From Nitrosopumilus sp. (GTDB lineage Archaea > Thermoproteota > Nitrososphaeria > Nitrososphaerales > Nitrosopumilaceae), in NCBI GenBank assembly GCA_965203315.1, contig OZ241857.1, positions 128,001 through 192,000 of the forward strand: DNA of 64,000 nt, in the 5' to 3' direction. Of the stretch, positions 51,201-60,541 are shown in pieces (the stretch's first letter is position 1; each line of letters starts with the position of its first letter). Position numbers and translations under genes: made by a program. The notes below the pieces were generated by a model. The model did no database searches, was not told the DNA's origin, and saw only the letters and a program-made list of their open reading frames with translations.

Positions 51201-51520
51201 ATCGTGATATCAAGAGTAAGAGTGCACATGTCAATATGCTTAAACACCAGTCTATCCATATCAAGAGGTTGGAAAAGATATACAAAGATACGTCTGATCC
51301 TATCGTTAAAAGACTATTATTGTTTATTGGACAACCAATGTTTACCAAACATCAACCATACAAGAGATTGATCGAGATCAATAGAAGAGTTGATCGTAAA
51401 AATCTCAGCGAGTCTGATATGATCGAAGAGTTGAAGAGTGTCTATGAAAAACACAAGCGAGTGAAATATACAAAACATGTATCTAAACCCAAGATACTGT
51501 ACAGTATGATGGTTGAGTAA
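48224..51520 (+). CDS. PLD-family nuclease fused to an SNF2-like superfamily-2 helicase
   Basis: AVGYF, LHAKAYLF...IIGSSNFS (HxK/GSxN), IADVVGTGKS, LVDESHNFRN, SATP, LSEGVNLQ and QRVGRIDRIG. Confidence 0.92.
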   Translation: MTDNISDNIVIDNEEVSLLDHLNDLLPDATKVSIAVGYFFISGFAKIMDKLENIEKSSNPDHVMRLLISPVTSRKTAEALLSSNESYDIVSRRSDDSEDANKELAKQQLIKTLEYMPQRDEEQLAAKKLIDMIKLGKIQVKVYTKTQLHAKAYLFELDDKRMKKVSIIGSSNFSISGIKEHAELNFRTNESRDADALLVWFDRHWNDPSCQEFTGEMADIIERSWINQKHTPEDVYNKAVIHEHGELFDDTTYIDYSPVKLFDFQRTAVVDAIKKLENYGGVMIADVVGTGKSFVGSSILRYLVENNYSNPLIICPPHLIDMWKDYLNQFAINGHVVSRYKIGMKDDFLLRYINCDAILVDESHNFRNSNTNAYKALLAFMEEKTDEAMMIILSATPISNGITDLKNQLRLFPSEALSSIPLLQNMTLDRYFEGVEVDGQLTEEGAVKIQELLKYILIRRTRHQIIKKYGKYETRTHLDKKVKIPYIENNDQRNYFPLRQLKNPKEYDVDKVYNNSFESILRSIKSLKLARYAPGNYIKQEYLDPLHPEHDKYSDLASTTKPLVGIVKTTLLKRMESSIRAFTTSVIRTKNGYEEFKRQLDKGRVPIGKDFHDEIYKKTEYDDDDYDSEQELEFERKMDQIESIYDIKAFDVTSWKKDIDEDIDKLAIIKGRLVDIPKHTTVDDKLHKLVELVKGLGSEKILIFSESAVTVEYIAEYMKSVLPDHKIAHIDSKQNARIKNSTIKRFDPKNNNADIKPEDQIDILVSTDVLSEGVNLQIAKIVINYDFHWNPVRLIQRVGRIDRIGTEHTVVEIYNFLSTDKIDKELQLKEKVARKIKTIRDVIGHDQKILTETEEFDPEKASAIYTCDNEILDPESVGILDIIESKSEEDAENIKRDQNKLHHIENLPFGLRSTIGNKRLLVACEAEETITDQDDRIISRQTFRRHYEVTVDGVKSILLSKFLKDMGEYSGLVPKQQDTSYNSFVAKAWRVFNRDIKSKSAHVNMLKHQSIHIKRLEKIYKDTSDPIVKRLLLFIGQPMFTKHQPYKRLIEINRRVDRKNLSESDMIEELKSVYEKHKRVKYTKHVSKPKILYSMMVE

Positions 51521-51522
51521 CG

Positions 51523-54500
51523 ATGGCGTTTACAGAGAATCTAGAGTCAATTCAAAGAGAGTTAAAGTCTAATGGATTTGCTACAATGCGTGATCCATTT
51601 GATTTGAGTACATTAGCAAAAGAAGAGGCTGTAGTAGACTGTGAGATAATTGCCAACAAGTCATTTTACAACATCTTGTATATTGAGGTCGAGTCAAACT
51701 GGAAGGGAATAGCAACCGATGTTGCAAAGAATAGTCGTAATCCCTGCCTTGTTGTTACAAATTATAAACACACTCGGCTGATCTTGACTACTTTACGAGA
51801 TCACATCACAGAACGTACTCCTAGACATGTCGTTGTTGACTCTAAATCCAAGACTCACTCTTTTCAAAAATTCTGTAAACTGATCAAGGTAAAGCATGGA
51901 GACGAGATAGAAGATATTGACGCAAAGATCCAGTCTGCATTTGACGAGTATTCTGAATACGCAGAGGCGTTGCGAGAGTTTGCCAACAATCTCGACGTCA
52001 TCATTAAAAAGACAACTAGACTGATCGAGTCCAAGATATCTGGAAACAAGCGATACGAAAAAGAAGCTACCAAACTACTCACAGTCTGTCAAAAGATCCT
52101 AAATGATCAGATGACCATACATGATATCAAAAACATGCTGATCCAACATGTCTTGACATACAAGATCTTTGCTCTAGTGTATGATGAACAAGACTTTAAT
52201 CACAACAATACCGTTGCTAAATCTCTCGAAGTGTTAAAAGAGACACTCGAGCTAGGTGATGAAAAGATCGACTATGGGGCAATGGAGATCATATCTGAAT
52301 CTATCACAGATACAGATCAAAAGCAAGAGTTTCTCAAAAAGATATACGAGACATTCTATGAAAAACACGACGCTAAAAAAGCCGATAGAGATGGTATCGT
52401 ATATACTCCAACAGAGGTTGTAAAGTTTATCGTACTGTCTATAAATGAACTACTACGAGAAAACTTTGGTAAAGATATCTCTGATGACGACGTAATGATC
52501 CTGGACCCGTTTACTGGTACAGGAACATTTTTGGTACATTTACTACGAGAGATCGATCCAAAGAAATTGAAATCCAAATACTCTAAAGAGATCTTTGCAA
52601 ACGAGATATCTATACTTCCGTATTATATTGCGGCACTAAACATTGAAAACACATACACGGAACTTACTGGCAAGTACAAAGAGTTTGAGAACATCTGTTG
52701 GATGGATACCTTTGACAGTGGAATCAAAAAGTATGATGATATCGCTGAACATCTGGGTCTAGCAGATAACATCAAGCGTATTACAAAACAACAGAAATCA
52801 AAGATTCATGTTGTGTTGGGTAATCCACCTTATTCTGTTGGTCAGCGTAGCTCTGTTGATCAAAACCCAAATCAAAAATATCCTGTTCTGGACGAAAAAA
52901 TAAAAAACAGTTATTTAAAAAGAACTATAGTCCTAAACAAAGATATAAGTTCTACACGATCGTTATATGATTCTTATATTCGTTCACTGCGTTGGGCAAC
53001 CGACAGAATAGATGATTTAGGCATAATTGGATTCATCACAAATGCTAGTTTCTTACGATCACAAGCAGCTGCAGGCGTCCGCGCCTCTCTCCACGAAGAA
53101 TTCACAGACATTTACTGCTTTGACCTGCGTGGAAATCAACGAACGCAGGGAGAAATATCAAAGAAAGAAGGAGGAAAAATATTCGGTTCAGGCTCGCGCG
53201 CACCAGTCGCCATCACAATACTAGTCAAAAACCCAAACAAGAAAAAACACACCATACATTACAAAGATATCGGCGACTATCTATCCAGAGAAGAAAAACT
53301 AGACACAATATCAAAATACAAATCCATCCAACATATCAAAGACTGGGATACCATCACACCCGACAAGCACCACGACTGGGTTGGTCAACGCTCCGACGAG
53401 TTTGAACAGTACACAGCAATGGGCAACAAAGAGACCAAGGCTGGAAACAAATCTAACGCTATTTTCAAAATGTTTTCTATGGGTGTAAAAACAGCTCGTG
53501 ATATTTGGATGTATAACTCATCAAAAAACCTTTTAACAAAAAATATTAAAAAAACAATTGGTTATTGTAATGGTCATGATCTAAAAACTTCTATACATGA
53601 TCCTAAATATGTGAAATGGGATACAGATTTATCAAAAAAATTAAAAAAAACAAATATAAAATTTAACTCAAACCAAATTAGAATGGCTGTTTACAGACCA
53701 TTTTTTAAACAATATTTGTATTTTGATCAAAAGATTGTTAATCGCGTATTTAAAATTTCAAAAATTTTTCCTAACCATAACTCAAAAAATGTTGTCATAC
53801 TGGTGCCATATCATAATGGTGGGTTACCAACTGCATTCATATCAGACATTACCCCAGATTATAGTATAGTTCCTCCAAACCAATGCTTTTCATTATACAT
53901 GTACGAAAATGGGCAGAAAATAATCAATATCACGGATTATATCTTAAAACAATATCAAGATCACTATAACGACAAGACAATAACCAAAGAGGACATCTTT
54001 TACTATACGTATGGTGTGTTACACCATGAAAAATACAAAAAGAAATTTGCAAGCAACCTATCCAAAGAACTACCACGAATCCCAATGGCTCCTAACTTTC
54101 AAGCATTCACAACAGCAGGACGTAAACTAGCTGATCTACATCTAAACTACGAGACCTGTAAAAAGTACCCACTCAAACAAAAAGCAAAGTTTGGCAAGCT
54201 CGAAAAGATGATGTTCGTAAAAACCAAGAAAGATGGCAAACTTATTCAAGACAAAACTAGACTAAAAATAAATGGAATCGAGGTCTTTGATCTACCAGAA
54301 ATAAAATACACAGTAAACGGCAGAACTCCAATCGAATGGATAGTAGACCGATACAAGCGTACAGTAGACAAGGATAGTGGAATTGTAAACGACCCAACCA
54401 AAGGAATGACTGAAGAAAAGACAATAGAGATGATTCAGAGGCTAGTGCATGTGAGTGTTGAATCGGACAAGATTATACAAGAAATATCTGAAGAGCCGTT

Positions 54501-54564
54501 TGAACCAAAAGTATGGAAACCTGCGCCATCCGGCCTAGATCAATATGCCAAAGATTCGAGCTAG
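51523..54564 (+). CDS. N6-adenine DNA methyltransferase with Type ISP-like coupler, MTase and specificity regions
   Basis: GIVYTPTEVV, ILDPFTGTGTF, GNPPY, LYDSYIRSLRWATDRI, LPRIP and VNGRTPIEWIVDRY...DKDSGIVNDP. No helicase motifs. Confidence 0.9.
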   Translation: MAFTENLESIQRELKSNGFATMRDPFDLSTLAKEEAVVDCEIIANKSFYNILYIEVESNWKGIATDVAKNSRNPCLVVTNYKHTRLILTTLRDHITERTPRHVVVDSKSKTHSFQKFCKLIKVKHGDEIEDIDAKIQSAFDEYSEYAEALREFANNLDVIIKKTTRLIESKISGNKRYEKEATKLLTVCQKILNDQMTIHDIKNMLIQHVLTYKIFALVYDEQDFNHNNTVAKSLEVLKETLELGDEKIDYGAMEIISESITDTDQKQEFLKKIYETFYEKHDAKKADRDGIVYTPTEVVKFIVLSINELLRENFGKDISDDDVMILDPFTGTGTFLVHLLREIDPKKLKSKYSKEIFANEISILPYYIAALNIENTYTELTGKYKEFENICWMDTFDSGIKKYDDIAEHLGLADNIKRITKQQKSKIHVVLGNPPYSVGQRSSVDQNPNQKYPVLDEKIKNSYLKRTIVLNKDISSTRSLYDSYIRSLRWATDRIDDLGIIGFITNASFLRSQAAAGVRASLHEEFTDIYCFDLRGNQRTQGEISKKEGGKIFGSGSRAPVAITILVKNPNKKKHTIHYKDIGDYLSREEKLDTISKYKSIQHIKDWDTITPDKHHDWVGQRSDEFEQYTAMGNKETKAGNKSNAIFKMFSMGVKTARDIWMYNSSKNLLTKNIKKTIGYCNGHDLKTSIHDPKYVKWDTDLSKKLKKTNIKFNSNQIRMAVYRPFFKQYLYFDQKIVNRVFKISKIFPNHNSKNVVILVPYHNGGLPTAFISDITPDYSIVPPNQCFSLYMYENGQKIINITDYILKQYQDHYNDKTITKEDIFYYTYGVLHHEKYKKKFASNLSKELPRIPMAPNFQAFTTAGRKLADLHLNYETCKKYPLKQKAKFGKLEKMMFVKTKKDGKLIQDKTRLKINGIEVFDLPEIKYTVNGRTPIEWIVDRYKRTVDKDSGIVNDPTKGMTEEKTIEMIQRLVHVSVESDKIIQEISEEPFEPKVWKPAPSGLDQYAKDSS

Positions 54565-54799
54565 TGCATGAACACCAATTTTGTTAACTAGTCGAATAGT
54601 TATTTTAGAGAAAATTTTACTAAAAATCTCTAACATTTTAGGATCTTTTCAGTTTGAGTGGTACGTTTCATAAGACTTTGTTCTGAAAATATCCAAGTCT
54701 CCGAGTTTTTTCTATAAACATTCAATCCTGCATAAATCGAAAATATTCATCATTCTGACCAATTGTGAATTTTAAATTGAACCGTTTAAAAGTATGTTT

Positions 54800-54876
54800 G
54801 GGATCGTAGTCTAGCTTGGTATGATTCTGCGTTCGGGACGCAGAGGTCGCGTGTTCAAGTCACGCCGTTCCCACCA
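54800..54876 (+). tRNA. tRNA-Pro(CGG)
   Basis: Cloverleaf with anticodon arm CTGCG-TT CGG GA-CGCAG and encoded CCA. Confidence 0.96.
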
Positions 54877-55116
54877 TATACTATCTGGTATTGTTGGTCA
54901 GATGTACCCTTTTGTATGATATATTTACATCAGACACACTTGATGATTGAATCTAGTAGTGGAATACATGGTCTCGTTTATTCGTTGTGAACTCAGACAT
55001 TTCTGTGTACATCATCATCTCATCACTCTAACTCTTCATCATCGTTCATAGATACGAGATCGACATAGTTTGAACCGAGTCTTGTTGTGATAGATATCTG
55101 CACTGTTATGAGTCTA

Positions 55117-55190
55117 TGGGATCGGCGTGACTTGAACACGCGACCTCTGCGTCCCAAACGCAGAATCATACCAAGCTAGACCACGATCCC
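55117..55190 (-). tRNA. tRNA-Pro(TGG)
   Basis: Cloverleaf with anticodon arm CTGCG-TT TGG GA-CGCAG; CCA not encoded. Confidence 0.96.
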
Positions 55191-55271
55191 ATGGGCACTC
55201 TCTAAACAGCTCAATTTAATCTAACAAAGCATGTTCCAAAGCATGATCCTGTCAACACTTTTATCAAAACC

Positions 55272-55526
55272 TTGTCTATCTTGTATGTATTGAAGTTTGA
55301 ACGACGTGAGATTGTTCTAATTGTTGGTCTGTTTCTGTTTATGATTGGTCTGCTCCCATTTATGGCGCCGTTCTATGCCGCAATCATCGTCGTTCTGATG
55401 TATGTGGGCATAAAGTTGTACATTGGACGTCAACAGCAAGCAATCAAGAATACCGTGGGCGATGCGATTTGTATGGAGTGTGGTGCCAGTATCACGAATC
55501 AACGTTGTCCCAACTGTGACAAATGA
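55272..55526 (+). CDS. Small membrane protein with a C-terminal zinc ribbon
   Basis: Two TM helices followed by CMEC...CPNC. Confidence 0.75.
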   Translation: MSILYVLKFERREIVLIVGLFLFMIGLLPFMAPFYAAIIVVLMYVGIKLYIGRQQQAIKNTVGDAICMECGASITNQRCPNCDK

Positions 55527-55674
55527 GGTTACATCGCATCTTGAGAGTTCAAATGCCTACACAGTGATACTCTGATCATGCTGTCATACACGATCATACA
55601 GTATTCCATAATATTCTAGTCATATAATTTTACAATTAACTCAATATTTTTTAATAGTACATTAAAAAGCAACT

Positions 55675-58515
55675 TTGCTACAAAATCTTGTAATGGATAA
55701 ATTTGTAATGTTGTCTGTATTTGCGTTTGCAGTTGTCACTCCTGCATTTGCAGAGGCATATATTATGATCAACGAGGTTGAACTAAATCCCATTGGTGAT
55801 GATCGTCTATCTGCTACCGAATGGATAGAACTGTATAATCCTACTGACTCACCAGTCGATCTAACGGGTTGGGAGATTGCATCAACGACTCTATTCAAGA
55901 AGGTGTTGACCCTTCCTGGCGGAACAGTGATAGAGCCAGGCAGCCTAAAGATATACTCTCATGTGCCTTCTTGGTTTACAGACACTTTCGAGTCTGTAGA
56001 GTTGCGACACCCAAATGGGACAGTTATAGACAAGACTCCACTATTGACCGATGACGATGACGATGGTTCGTCATGGCAACGTATCTATGATGGACTAGAT
56101 ACCGATGACATCAGCGATTGGAAGTTTGCACCACACACACTCAATCGACAGAATGGCAAACAATTATCCACTCTCGATACAGAACCAGTTACTATATCGA
56201 TCTCTTCTGAACCATTGTACAAGTTTGGAGATACAGCATTGATTAGCGGATCTGTATCTGAGGAGATTATTGTACAAACACCTGTCTTCTATTCGGAGCC
56301 GATCTTGATCACGATCATTGGACCAAACTATCAAGATACTAGAACACTATATCCTTCACCGGATCTCACATACATTACAACATTCTCACTAAATCCCTCA
56401 CATGGATTAACTATTGGAAACTATACTGTATCTGCAGCATATGCTGGTGCAGTTAATGCTACCTCATTTGTATTGGAGCCTAAACGATCAGAGATGGAAA
56501 AAATCACCGATATCCTCACGATATCCACTGACAAGATACAATATGTACCAGGTGAGACGATACTCTTGAATGGAATCACAAACAAGTTGAAACTGTTTAC
56601 CGGTGTTACATTTACAATAACTGATCCTGATGGTGAACCTCTGAATAAAGGAATCATGTTCCCTCTTGACGGAGGTTTCTCAACTAATGTCTTGTTGCCT
56701 AAAACCGTTACCAACTTGGGTACATACACAATCGATGTTCAATATGCAGATCTCTCTGCTAACACCACATTTGTAGTCAGTACCACTCCACAATCTGACG
56801 AACAGATATCAACTTATAGACTCGTAACTAGTACAGATAAGAGAATGTACAATTATGGTGACATTATGACCGTCGCAGGTTCGATTACTGGTACTGACAA
56901 CTCTAGAATCCCATCTGGTTCTTCTATAGATATCACAATAACCAAGTCTGATGGTTCGAGGATACATTACAGAGGCCAATCAGGCGTACTCTCACCAATA
57001 GTTGACGTGTATGGAGCATATCGAACTCAACTAGAGATATCTGATAGTTTCTTTGATCTAGGTAATTATACCTTACAAGCAAGATACGAGAACACTAGTG
57101 CACTAGCTACGTTTACCGTATCGGACAAGGCTGTATCGAGTGGAATAGATCTAACTCTGGACAAAAATGTATACAGTCTAGGTGAACAGCTCGTACTAGA
57201 TGGTACGCTGTCGTCTAGTGCTAGTGCCCTTGTCATGATCATAATCACTAATCCTGATGGTTCTACATCGAGTCACACAGCTCCTGTCAACAACAATCAA
57301 TTTACATGGTCATGGATCACACCAGATCACGCTATCAATGCAGGCACATATACCATTACGGTATCTACAAACTCTTTTACAAAAAATATACAGTTCAAAC
57401 TCTCAACGGACACCAAAGATGTTCAGATATCACAAAAGCCACTATCGATATCGATCCCAAGAGATCTCTACAGTATAGGTGAGACAGTAGTTGTTACAGG
57501 TCATGTTAATATAGATGACATACCCAATCAGGGATTCAAAGCTCCTCATCCAGTTCGTGTCTCAATTCTAGGCGATGCACACAAAGGAATCCATGATGCA
57601 TTTGTACTCCCTGACGTACATGGCTCCTTTACTACATCGTTTGATCTGCTTCGACATATCAGCAACCCCGGAATATACACAGTTCAGGCCAAGTATCTCA
57701 CTCATACAGATACAGATACCTTTATGATCTTGGGTGATCCTACACTATACAGTGATATACGCGTCGGTCTCTCTCTCGACAAAACCGAGTACAATCCAGG
57801 CGATACACTAAAGATCACTGGTAAACCTATGCCTTTGGTGGATCTGCAGCAACTCAACATAACTCTTGTACAGCGATTACAAGATAGATCTGCATGTGAT
57901 CCCGACTGTGCAGCCCCGATCAACTCTACATCGACTGCTGTACTAGACTCGACTGCTGTACTTACACATACATTGCAGATTCCAGATGTACCATCATCTG
58001 TAGGTTCATACCAGATAACTGTGGAATCTGACTTTAGTTCTGATGTCATATACTTTGATGTCGTACCTGTTGTGGTTGTCTCTATACCTGTACCAAACAC
58101 AATCATCGAGAAAGATACAGATCTGACTGACACAACCCATCTCATCACACTAGCTCCAAAAGATGTAAACGGTACAACGTTCACTCCTCGTGCATTGATT
58201 GGGTCACTGTCTGCAGATAGTGTGGACGTCAATCTGACCGTCAAGACTCCCAACGGTATCTGTCTGATCGGCCAAGACGATCAATGCATGATCTCGGAAT
58301 CTACACGTAGTCTGGGACAAGTATATCAAACAGTCGACGTAAACGGTTTGATGCTTTATGTGCGGTATAGTGGTTCTGATGTATCATCTGAGCGATTTAC
58401 GGTTCTGCCTGATCCATCTAGTGACTCGGTACTTGATGGTGACTGGACGGTAGAGATAGACCAAGAGACACCGTTCACGTTCGATTACAAAGTTACATAC
58501 AGAGCACAAAAATAG
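55675..58515 (+). CDS. Secreted protein with a lamin-tail domain and several Ig-like repeats
   Basis: Signal peptide, IMINEVELNP...EWIELYNP, then repeated STDK..Y..GETI...G units. Confidence 0.88.
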   Translation: MLQNLVMDKFVMLSVFAFAVVTPAFAEAYIMINEVELNPIGDDRLSATEWIELYNPTDSPVDLTGWEIASTTLFKKVLTLPGGTVIEPGSLKIYSHVPSWFTDTFESVELRHPNGTVIDKTPLLTDDDDDGSSWQRIYDGLDTDDISDWKFAPHTLNRQNGKQLSTLDTEPVTISISSEPLYKFGDTALISGSVSEEIIVQTPVFYSEPILITIIGPNYQDTRTLYPSPDLTYITTFSLNPSHGLTIGNYTVSAAYAGAVNATSFVLEPKRSEMEKITDILTISTDKIQYVPGETILLNGITNKLKLFTGVTFTITDPDGEPLNKGIMFPLDGGFSTNVLLPKTVTNLGTYTIDVQYADLSANTTFVVSTTPQSDEQISTYRLVTSTDKRMYNYGDIMTVAGSITGTDNSRIPSGSSIDITITKSDGSRIHYRGQSGVLSPIVDVYGAYRTQLEISDSFFDLGNYTLQARYENTSALATFTVSDKAVSSGIDLTLDKNVYSLGEQLVLDGTLSSSASALVMIIITNPDGSTSSHTAPVNNNQFTWSWITPDHAINAGTYTITVSTNSFTKNIQFKLSTDTKDVQISQKPLSISIPRDLYSIGETVVVTGHVNIDDIPNQGFKAPHPVRVSILGDAHKGIHDAFVLPDVHGSFTTSFDLLRHISNPGIYTVQAKYLTHTDTDTFMILGDPTLYSDIRVGLSLDKTEYNPGDTLKITGKPMPLVDLQQLNITLVQRLQDRSACDPDCAAPINSTSTAVLDSTAVLTHTLQIPDVPSSVGSYQITVESDFSSDVIYFDVVPVVVVSIPVPNTIIEKDTDLTDTTHLITLAPKDVNGTTFTPRALIGSLSADSVDVNLTVKTPNGICLIGQDDQCMISESTRSLGQVYQTVDVNGLMLYVRYSGSDVSSERFTVLPDPSSDSVLDGDWTVEIDQETPFTFDYKVTYRAQK

Positions 58516-58536
58516 CCATCACACTTGTAACGCATA

Positions 58537-59022
58537 ATGAATCTCAAAGTGGTTATGCTACAACAAGATGATCCCAAAAGATGCACAGCTGCAAAACTGC
58601 TCAAGTTTGATATGGTACATAAAACTCGAAACATTGGCAGTAGAGACTTGGTGCTGGATCCCTTTGCAGATATAATGCTGACAAGGCAAGATCGAACAAA
58701 GACCAGATCCATAGTTGCAATAGACTGTTCATGGAATCTCAACTCTCGATCACTTCCAGGACATTTTGGTAAACTGTGTCGTAAACTTCCACCTCTCCTT
58801 GCAGGCAATCCCACAAATTATGCAAAGATCAATAAACTGAGTACTGTTGAGGCATTATCTGCCGCACTATTCCTTTTAGGGTTCGACGAACAAGCATTCG
58901 GACTGCTTGACAAGTTCAAATGGGGACATACTTTTTACGAGTTGAATCAATATCTCTTGAGAGACTATTCTGTGGCAGAGACTAGTTCTGATATCATGGC
59001 TATATGCGACAAGTATCTCTAG
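58537..59022 (+). CDS. tsr3: 16S rRNA aminocarboxypropyltransferase (DUF367)
   Basis: DDPKRCTAAKL, IDCSW, RKLPPLLAGNPTNY, LSTVEA and FKWGHTFYELN. Confidence 0.93.
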   Translation: MNLKVVMLQQDDPKRCTAAKLLKFDMVHKTRNIGSRDLVLDPFADIMLTRQDRTKTRSIVAIDCSWNLNSRSLPGHFGKLCRKLPPLLAGNPTNYAKINKLSTVEALSAALFLLGFDEQAFGLLDKFKWGHTFYELNQYLLRDYSVAETSSDIMAICDKYL

Positions 59023-59564
59023 TGTTCCTGATCCTTCTGTCTCTCTTCGTGGGTAGCATTCGAGTCATCTGTGGTCTCATCCTTTACTTGCATAGGACGT
59101 ACCGGTTGACTCTCGTAGGACTCTCTCTCTGCTTGCATAGGACGTACCGGCTGACTATAAACAACACCCACTTCTGCACTACTAAACTCTGGCTCTTGAG
59201 GTACAGAATCTCTGTCTACATTTGAAGCGACAACACCCACTTCTGCACTACTAAACTCTGGCTCTACAGATGGTCTCTGACCTAGTGGCTCTCCTTTACA
59301 GAGAACGCTTCCAGTAACTCTGCTCTGAAAGTTTGAACAGACAAAGCATTGAATGAACTGGATATCATCGTTTAAAACAGGACACTCTACATACTCTTGT
59401 TTCATTCGTTTGAGCATCTTTGGGCTTATCCCTTTGAGTTTTAGTTTGCCCTTTTCATCCATCATGCCTGATATTTTTAGTTCATCTTTGATGGCTTGCG
59501 GCAGTTTCTGTTTTATTTGAGTATGCTTTATTTCAATCTGATACTTGTGTTCCAACTCGTCCAT
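59019..59564 (-). CDS. Cys-motif hypothetical protein with a repetitive C-terminal tail
   Basis: VECPV...CFVCSNF...LCKG, then EPEFSSAEVGVV twice and SQPVRPMQ twice. Confidence 0.75.
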   Translation of the reverse strand: MDELEHKYQIEIKHTQIKQKLPQAIKDELKISGMMDEKGKLKLKGISPKMLKRMKQEYVECPVLNDDIQFIQCFVCSNFQSRVTGSVLCKGEPLGQRPSVEPEFSSAEVGVVASNVDRDSVPQEPEFSSAEVGVVYSQPVRPMQAERESYESQPVRPMQVKDETTDDSNATHEERQKDQEH

Positions 59565-59862
59565 GCTAACCCCTCCCTAAATTCTATGATTTATTACTAT
59601 CTCGTTCTTTTTTACAGTTCCATATTTACCTTGCCAGAACATAATCATCTTTTCTGTGTCTCGACTCATCTCTAATGTATGCACTAGTAGTGTGATATAT
59701 CTACATATTATATTTGTACACCACAACGATCAGTAAATAGCGATATGGATATTGGACAGCTGCTCAAGATATACTTGATTGATTAATGGTGATCTGTGTT
59801 TTTTATCACCTAGTAGATTAAACTAATATATTTAGAATTTTTGTGTCAACGATAGAGTACAT

Positions 59863-60507
59863 TTGTTGATAATTTTTGATGTTGAAGGTGTCTTGTATGA
59901 CGAAGAGTACCTGCCAATTCTTGCCGAGAAAGTGAACAAAGATAGTGAGATTTGGAAGATTACAAAGCAAGGGATTCAAGGAGAGATCGACTGGGAAGAA
60001 GGACTTCGATCCAGGATCGAGATATTACGTGGTATCGATGAAGAGACATGTAGAAAAGTAGTTGACTCTCTCCCAATAATGACTGGCGCTAAAGTAGCAT
60101 GTCGTGCATTAAAGGCTGCTGGATGGAGACTTTTGGCAGTATCTGGTGGTTTTACATTGATGATGGATAGGTTAAAGGCCGAGCTAGATCTAGATTATGT
60201 ATACTCTAACGAGCTCGTATTCAAGGATGGCAAACTAGATGATGTGATAATAAATGTTGACTCTGATAAATCAAAGTCTGCCAAGATCAAGATTGCCGAA
60301 TGGGGAGAAAAGAGAGAAGATATAGTGTGTGTTGTTGACGGTGCAAACGACATAAAGCTATTCGAGATATGTGGACTAGGAATAGCATATAGAGCACAAG
60401 ACATAGTCAAAGATCTTGCAACCACCACTCTTGACATTAAAGACCTATCAGAGATCATAAATATCATCAACAATCACTTTAAACTAGATATCAGAGTTAC
60501 CTCATAA
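59863..60507 (+). CDS. serB: Phosphoserine phosphatase-like HAD hydrolase
   Basis: IFDVEGVL, VSGGF, SNEL and DGANDIKLF. Confidence 0.85.
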   Translation: MLIIFDVEGVLYDEEYLPILAEKVNKDSEIWKITKQGIQGEIDWEEGLRSRIEILRGIDEETCRKVVDSLPIMTGAKVACRALKAAGWRLLAVSGGFTLMMDRLKAELDLDYVYSNELVFKDGKLDDVIINVDSDKSKSAKIKIAEWGEKREDIVCVVDGANDIKLFEICGLGIAYRAQDIVKDLATTTLDIKDLSEIINIINNHFKLDIRVTS

Positions 60508-60541
60508 GATATTTTTAGATATCTAATTACATAAATTACAG

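Noticed and set aside
48224-54564. DISARM, BREX or canonical Type I/III restriction-modification
   Set aside because: No DrmA/DrmB, PglZ/BrxC or HsdS-like genes are adjacent, and the MTase motifs are Type ISP-like rather than Mod-like.
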